DNA from: Geosiphon pyriformis uo1
Taxonomy: Eukaryota; Fungi; Glomeromycota
Direction of reading: 5' to 3'
Assembly: GCA_016748015.1 (NCBI GenBank)
Contig: JAAOMT010000776.1
Location: forward strand, 679,496 to 743,495
Length of the DNA stretch: 64,000 nucleotides
Positions within the stretch are counted from its first letter, which is position 1, and every line of letters starts with the position of its first letter. The notes beneath the pieces are model-generated. The model did not search any database. It had not been told where the DNA came from and worked only from the letters and a program-made list of their open reading frames with translations. This document shows, piece after piece, positions 56,201 to 64,000 of the stretch. The translations under genes and the position numbers were made by a program.

Positions 56201-59200
56201 AAGTTTTATTACTTAATTTTATGAATATAGTTAATTGTTTCAAGTTTTTTACAATTTTATTATGCTATTAAACTTTTTTAACAAGTTTAATAAACATATT
56301 TTATAATATTTTAAAAAACTTAAAGCCACTTTTAAGTCATTTGGTTTTTGCTTTTTAATTAAATTATTAAGTTGTTTTGTATTACTTATTAATATCTATA
56401 TTTTTCAAATCTTTAAAAGTTTTGTCTATAATTGGTTTTTATATATTAATATTATACCAATTTTTATAATAATTTGTTGTCAATTTATTTGGTTTTTTTT
56501 TATACAAATATATATTACCTAATTATTTTATATTTAATGTAAAAACAAATTATCTTATCAATTATTATTAATACAAATAGTAAACTAAATAAATAATAGT
56601 ATTAATAAAAAAGTTTTTGTAAATATCATAATTAATATCTCTTTTTTTTGAAAATTAAACCATAATTTTTCGAATTTTGTTAATATTAATCTACAAAAAA
56701 AATAAAAATATTAAATAATAACATAGCAAAAAAGTAATTAATTATATTTTTTTTAATATATTAATACAAGTATAATATCAAAATTAAATTTTAAATCTTT
56801 TTTGAGATTTGTAAATTTTATTTTTTTTATTTTTTTATCAATAAAATATGAACTAAAACAGTTTTATAAATTATTATTCAAATAAGTATTGAAAATCAAA
56901 CTTATACAACATATTTTCTATATATTTTTTTGATTTTAACTTTTATTTTAAGTTTTTTTATTATTAAATATGTTTTCTATATTTTTGTCTCGAAATTTTG
57001 CTTAATTTTATTGTTTTTATAATCACATTTTTGTGTATTTGGTTTTTATTTTTATATTCTTATTGTTTTTGTTTTTATTATCTTTATTGTTTTTATTATT
57101 ATAATTTTTATTGTTTTTATTCTTTTTTGCATTTTTTTTTAAATTTTTTGCTAATTAGTATTTGTTATCTAATAAACTAATCAATTTTTGTATAATAAAA
57201 CATGTTATTTTTTTTATTAAAATTATACAAACAATAAAATTTTATATTATTAACAAATATATATTAACAGCTGCTTTAACTACTTTTTTATTTTGTTTTT
57301 TTTTACTTTATTTTAACTTTTAAAACACACAATATGTATTAAATACCAATTAAAACTTTGGTAAAAGTTATATAATTGCTAAATAGATTAGTAAAATATT
57401 GTATATTCTATTTTAATATGTCTGTTTTTTCAAGTAATTAATGGTATATTATTTTTTATATAAAAATCATGTTAAAAATTTTTATATTATGATTTTTTTT
57501 TTAATTTTTAAAAAACAAAAATAAACAAAAAAAATTTGTTATCTAATAATAATTACTATTATTATTATTATTATTATTAATATTATTATAATTATTACTA
57601 TAACAAAAATAATAATAATATATAATAATAATTTTAAGAGTTTTATTTCTAAAACTAAAAGAAATTAGTATTTACTTTATAATTAATTAATTTTAATTTA
57701 GTATTTAAAACAATATTTAATTTATATTATTTTTACTTATAATATTATATTCAAACAAAATTATAAAAAACACTTAATTATTGGTTATAATAATAGACTA
57801 TTAACTTAAATAATAGTTTTTTATGCTGATTTCAATATTAAAATACTTAATTACTAATTACAAATAATACTTTAATATTTTTTTCTATTTTAATAAATAT
57901 TTTAATAGTTATAATATTAAAACACTTAGTTATTAGTTGCAATAATAAGCTATTGACTTAGATAATAGGTTTTTATACCAATAATTATAATATTAAAGCA
58001 CTTAATTACTGGTTATAAATAATACTTTAATATATATTTTTTTTGTCTTAATAATTATTTTAAAAATTTTAATGTTTAAATCTTAATAAAAATATTTTTA
58101 TTAATAAAAAATTTGTTGAATAATACTGAATAATATTATTAAATACTTTTTAAATCTAATTTCTCAAATACTATAGTCAAAGAAAAATTGTTATACTCAA
58201 AAATTGAAACAAAAACCATATTCAATTCTTTTAAAATGAATTTATTAATAATTTTAAAAACCATTTGATTTTTATATTATCTTAAATTATTTCAAAAAAG
58301 TTTTAATTACTTTTAGCTTTTTCGAAAACATTATTGAATATAAAAATAGTAAAAAAGAAAATTATTTGTCAAAAAATTTAGAATATATATATTAGCTAAT
58401 AGTTTTAACACAATTTTTTCTAATTAAATAAATTTAAATAAGTCATTAAAAAATTATTTATAAGAATTTTATAAAAAACAATCAATTAATCTTATTAAAT
58501 TTTACAAAAAAACTTTAATTATTTTATCTTTAAACAATTTTTCACTTTTTAACTTTGAAAACAGGACAAATATAATAAAATATTTACCAATATTTAATTA
58601 AAGTTTAAGCATCATAAAAAAATTTGCTTTATATAATAAAGCTAAAAATTATTTAGAACATTTATGTTTTTTTAAGAATTTAGACAATAAATATTTATTT
58701 TAGACTTAAAATAACTTGTTTGAATTAAATAAAAAAATGTTACCAAAATTATAAACCAATTGAATTTTAAAACAATATATTAGTTTAATTTTTGAAAAAA
58801 AATTTCTTTAATATAATCAATAAATTAAATATAAAAATAATTAAAATATGAATTTTGAACTAATATTATTATCTAAATTTATGCTAATAGTTTTTGATTA
58901 TATTAGTTTAAGAAATTTGTTTTTAAATATAATATATAATAAAGTAAAATTTTAAGTTAAATAAGTTTACAATAATTTGATTTTTTAATTTAAGATATTC
59001 AAATTTTTTTTAAAATATTAACTTTTAGGTATTTATACTAATATAATAATAATTTATAACATATAGTATGAAACAAAAAAAACTTTTTAATTTTGCATAA
59101 AATTTTAAATTAGTATAATTTTCTTAATATTAACCAGATTTTTAATCTTTAAGATATAAATTATATATATAATTAAATAGATTTTTTTATTTATGCAGAT

Positions 59201-61399
59201 TGCTAATATGTTTGAATTTTTTGCCTAACATATTGGCAAATGTTAGCTGCTAAAAAGCAAAGTCAATGAGAAATTTTACTATATTATTAAAATAAAAATA
59301 TATATAATATTTAAAAGTTATTTTTTTTAATACCAAGTTCTATATAAAACAGCTTTTTAGCTCTTTTAAAACTGAGTAAAATATTAACATAAATAGTGTT
59401 TTATACATTTGAACCAAAACTTAAACTTAAACTATATTCGACTTAACAGAATAATTTAAATCTTTAATTTTGTAGATTTAATTAGTTTTTAGATTTTAAT
59501 AGAGATCTAAACCAATAATACTTTAACTTAAACTAATTAGCTGTTTTTATAATACACAAATGTTATAAATTTAAACTAGTTGTTTTTATTTGTTTTTATT
59601 TTATTTTATAAAATTTTTTATATGTTCTTATAAAATAATAAAAAAATATCAAGTTTATTTACAATTTTTTTTGAAAAAACTTAAAATAAAATTCAAAAAC
59701 AAACAAATATAATTTACTTAAATAAATTTAAAGAAAAAATAATAATAATAATAATAATAATAAATTATTATCAAATAAAACATCTTCTAATAAATATTAT
59801 ATTTTTATTTAAAAAATTTATAGTATTAGTAATAATATAATAACCAATAAGTAAAATAAATTAATAAACAAAAAATATAAATAGCAATATATTTAAAATT
59901 ATAGTAAAAAAAACTAAATAATTAAATATATTTATATAAATTATTAAATTTTCATTGATTTTAATATTATTTTATAAGTTTTATGTTTAAAATATTAAGT
60001 ATATTTTATTAATTAAACTTTTAACAGATTTTTATTATAATTTTAACCAGTTTTAAATTCAGTTCAAATTTATTTTAATCAAATTTGAATTCATTCTTAA
60101 ACTCAAACTGGTTTTTTAGTTTGAATTTAAATTAAATTAAATCATAAAAAACACTAAATATAAGAATTTATAATTAATTAATTATATTTTAAAAGATTAT
60201 ACAAAAATTAATACATAAAGTAAATTTTAGATAAGAAATAAAACTAGTTTATTTTGCTTTTAAAAAATACTTAGTAAACAATAATAACAATTGTATCAAG
60301 ATAATAACCTAAAGTACACAAATTATTTTACTTAGACTTTTCTTAAAAAAAATATTCTTAAAGTTTTAATCTAGTTATTTAACAGTTTAAATCTAAATTC
60401 AATTAAAATTTATAAATATTATTAAGAGAAAATAGAAATTGAAATACTTAAAAATTTGAATAAATTAGAATAATATATAATAAATAAATAAAATAAAATT
60501 ACTATATTATACTTAATTAGTCTAATAAGTTTGATAAAACAATACTATAAATTGATCATACTAAATAATAATTAAAGAATACTATTTTGATTTTTTAGCC
60601 AATAAAATATTTAATATAAACTTATTAATAGTATTATTTTTATATAATTTGATGTAATTTTTTATTTATAATTGGATAATTTTAAAAAACAGTTTTTTTG
60701 TTTAATATGTTATTTTATTTTAAATGTAATTTTAATATATTAAAAGATTATTTTTTTGTTGCAAAAAAAGTTAAAAATATTTAAAAAACATGAGTAGTGG
60801 ATAATATAAATAAAATTAACTCTACTATTTTTGTATTAATAGTTTAATTTTAATTAAAACTTAATTTTTGCTTAATTTAATTAATATATGCTTTAAATAA
60901 TAATTTGTAAAATTTGAATTATCAAATATATAAAATAAAATCGAATTAAAGTATTTAATATTCAAATTTTTGTAACTATATTTTTTTGTTTTTTATACTA
61001 TTATCAATTATTTTGTTTAAACAATTATTTATTAAATGTTTTAATTTTATTTTATAATTAAATAAATTTTTTGAATAACAATTTCTTGGTAATTTTATTT
61101 TTATCACAAACAAAAATTTTTATTTATTTAGTGTTAATATAAAAATAATAAAATTAGATTTTCTGTCTTAAAATAAAAGTGCCAAATTTTTTTTATAATA
61201 TATTAATTTATCTAATATTTGAAGTCTTACTTATTTTAATTTAAGATATTGTACTTGTTTTCTTTAATTAATATTGAAATTTTTACCAATTTTAATTACA
61301 ATTTCATAAACTGTTTTTTGTATCAATAAGTGAAAGCTTGTTGTTAATTTATTTATTAATTAATTAAAAAAAAATTTAAAGATATTTTAGATATTTTAT

Positions 61400-63000
61400 A
61401 GTTTTTGTTGTTTAATTGAATTAATAAATTGTTAATGACTCCATTTTTGCTTTGTTTTAATGTAAATAATTTAATAAAAAAATATTAATTAATAATTACA
61501 GCTTTATAAAATATTAATAATTAATTATATTCATTATTATAATAATAATTATTAATATTGTAAAAAAAAGTCATATTTATATTATTTTATTTTGCATTGT
61601 AATTATTTTATATTATATTATTATTAATTTTTGCTTTATATATTTGGTTATATGGCTAAAAAAACTACAATTTTTAAAGCAAAATCTGGTAATTATTTAT
61701 GCTACTTTAGATATTAGCATCATTTACTATATTATATCTTTTAAACTGAAATCACAAAACTTTTTTACCAATATTTTAACCTTCTTACCAATCAATAATC
61801 TCTGATTTGTTTTACTAAAATTAATGATTCAATCACTCAAATTTATATATTAGTCATAAATAAAAATTTCAATAATAATTCAATGTTAAAGCTTAAAAAC
61901 AATAATTTCAAACTAATTAATGACAACTATTTATATTTTTATTTTCGAATTGGCCATAAATTAATACAAAATGTGAGAAATTTATATCTCAAATTTAAAT
62001 ATACGAGTCTTCTACTTGGCAGTATTCTCTGGAAAAACAAGAAATAAAAAGCTAAAAAAATTATAATATATTAAATAAAATCAAGAAAATAATAATATTA
62101 TAAGATTAAAATATAAAACTCAATAAATCTTTAAACCTTATTTTCATGCCAATTACACAAGATTATTTGAGTTTTTGGAAAATGTTTCTTGGCTGCTATT
62201 AAATAAGAATCCCATTTATCTAACTAATTACTTGAGATTTGATTAAATATTGCTCTTATAACTATATTCAATAAACTTTTAATAGAAAGAATTATTGTAT
62301 AATTTATAAATTGAAAATTTTAATCAAACAAAAATTATTATACAACTTACTTGCTTAAATATTAAATTAATAACTGGTATTGTTTCTTTATTACTTATAA
62401 ATATTATTAAAACTCAATTATATGGATTATTTGATCTAACCATAAAGACAATATTGAAGAAATTTAAGCTATTGTGATAGCTAGTAAAATCTAGAAACAA
62501 AAAATTTAAATATTTGTATAATATCTTTGACATGACTGTAGATGCAACACCAAAAAGTACAGCTTAATCCTTAAAATTCTGAGCATCTTTGATTCCATAT
62601 TGTTTTGATATAATAATGCTTTTAGTCTCATAAGTATCCATTAGAAAACAAATCTGTTAATAAAGTGAATTAAAATAATAATATATATAAAAAAGTAAAT
62701 ATAAGCAATTTTTTACTTTTCTAAATTCTAACACACTTGAATAATATAACTTTTTGTTGTACTTGAGAGCATTTTGAATTGTCTTAAGATTAAGTACAAA
62801 TTGAACAGAAATTGGTTGAACTTGATTTGCAAATCTATTACTTGTGCTCAAATTTTTCATATTATTTATTAATAAAATTCAATTATTTTTTCGAATTTAT
62901 ACTTAAACTTACCAGTTGCAATTATTAAAGGTGATGCATTTGTAGTTTTATTTAATATAATTTTTCTAATTAAATTGGCTATTTGGTGTGGTTTTTTTCA
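61400..63000 (-). mobile_element. Degenerate Mutator-like (MULE) transposase relic; boundaries approximate
   Basis: LFLDFTSYHNSLNF (first catalytic D at 62489-62491) and DKWDSYLIAAKKHFPKTQIILCNWH (62220-62146; second D, FP and the CxxH signature). Confidence 0.7.
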
Positions 63001-64000
63001 GATATAATCAGAATTATGATTTCTATAGCACTCAATATTGCATAAATTGAATGGCTTGTCATAAAAAATTGCAATATAACTTTTACAATTACATTTAGTT
63101 TTATGACACCTATTCTATAAATAAAAATAAAATTAATACTTTTTAATTTTGATTAGATATTATTTTTCTATGTATGCCAACTTTGAATTTGTATTTTTGT
63201 TTGTATTTTCATTTACAAGTGTAATGACTTTTATATCTTTTTTACGTATCTTAATATTTAATAAAATACTATTTTATATATAAAAGTATAATTTATATAA
63301 ATAATAATCTTTTACCTGTTTCTTATATATATAGTTATAATCTAGAATTTTATAACTGTAAAGATACTGTATTAAACATATATAAGTTTAACACTGAGAA
63401 TACTTTTATAAGTGGCATTTATATGCATTAAATAGTTGGCAATAATGAACCAAATAGCCTTTTTTGTTTTAATAAACCTAATAAATAAAACATAATTGCT
63501 CATTAGTAATAATGTTATGATAGTAAAAATAATATATATTTTATTTTCTTTAGTCTTATATAATATAGCCAATAAAATGCAATTTATTACAAATTTTACT
63601 TGATACAATCACAAGATTTATAGGTTTAAATTTCAATTGTATTTATCTTTATATAAAATTAATTTACATTAAATTCACTATGGAATTATAAAATTACAGC
63701 ACTATTAAAAAAAAACAAGAAAAAAAAATTGCTCTATATATTTTTAAAATTAATAATACCCAAACTTTTTAGAAATATCTAGATAAAACATAATTTTATT
63801 ATTTACAAATTCACAATCAAGTCTGAATAATAGCATATTTAATAATATTTTACTAAAGCAATCAAAGTATAAGGATACTTATTAATAATTCTAATAAATA
63901 TGTACTTTATAAGTTGTTATTTATAAAATTAAGTCTATCAATTCTCATGCTACATAAATAAACATCAATTACAGAGGCAACAATCTGACAATTTAATTTG

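Noticed and set aside
53400-61400. Further coding-like ghosts in the AT-rich block (also 49900-50700)
   Set aside because: Probably eroded TEs or genes, but no diagnostic motif could be read with confidence.

Overview
Eukaryotic, very AT-rich draft-assembly sequence with four N-gaps (705-752, 13355-13966, 15886-16756, 17362-17383). It is most likely from an arbuscular mycorrhizal fungus (Glomeromycotina); this is an inference from the BTB-TLDc relic, the 'FIEDIPQ' membrane-protein family, the class-3 lipases, short GT-AG introns and low GC. The first 26 kb hold four apparently intronless genes for secreted repeat proteins. Three are tandem minus-strand genes with Thr/Val-rich 24-aa (72-bp) repeats. 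The fourth is a divergently transcribed gene built from about 22 copies of a 13-aa Asn/Gly unit (NGxxNGNxNxGxx). The main observation is that each Thr/Val protein carries short two-unit copies of that same 13-aa motif near its termini, which suggests a co-assembling secreted fibre or matrix system (hypothesis only). The rest of the window is mostly decayed: two Tc1/mariner copies, Ty3/Gypsy, MULE and BTB-TLDc relics eroded by C>T/G>A transitions, a disrupted membrane-protein gene, two class-3 lipase pseudogenes that both lack the catalytic Ser, and several microsatellites. All translations outside the ORF track were done by eye, and no database searches were run.
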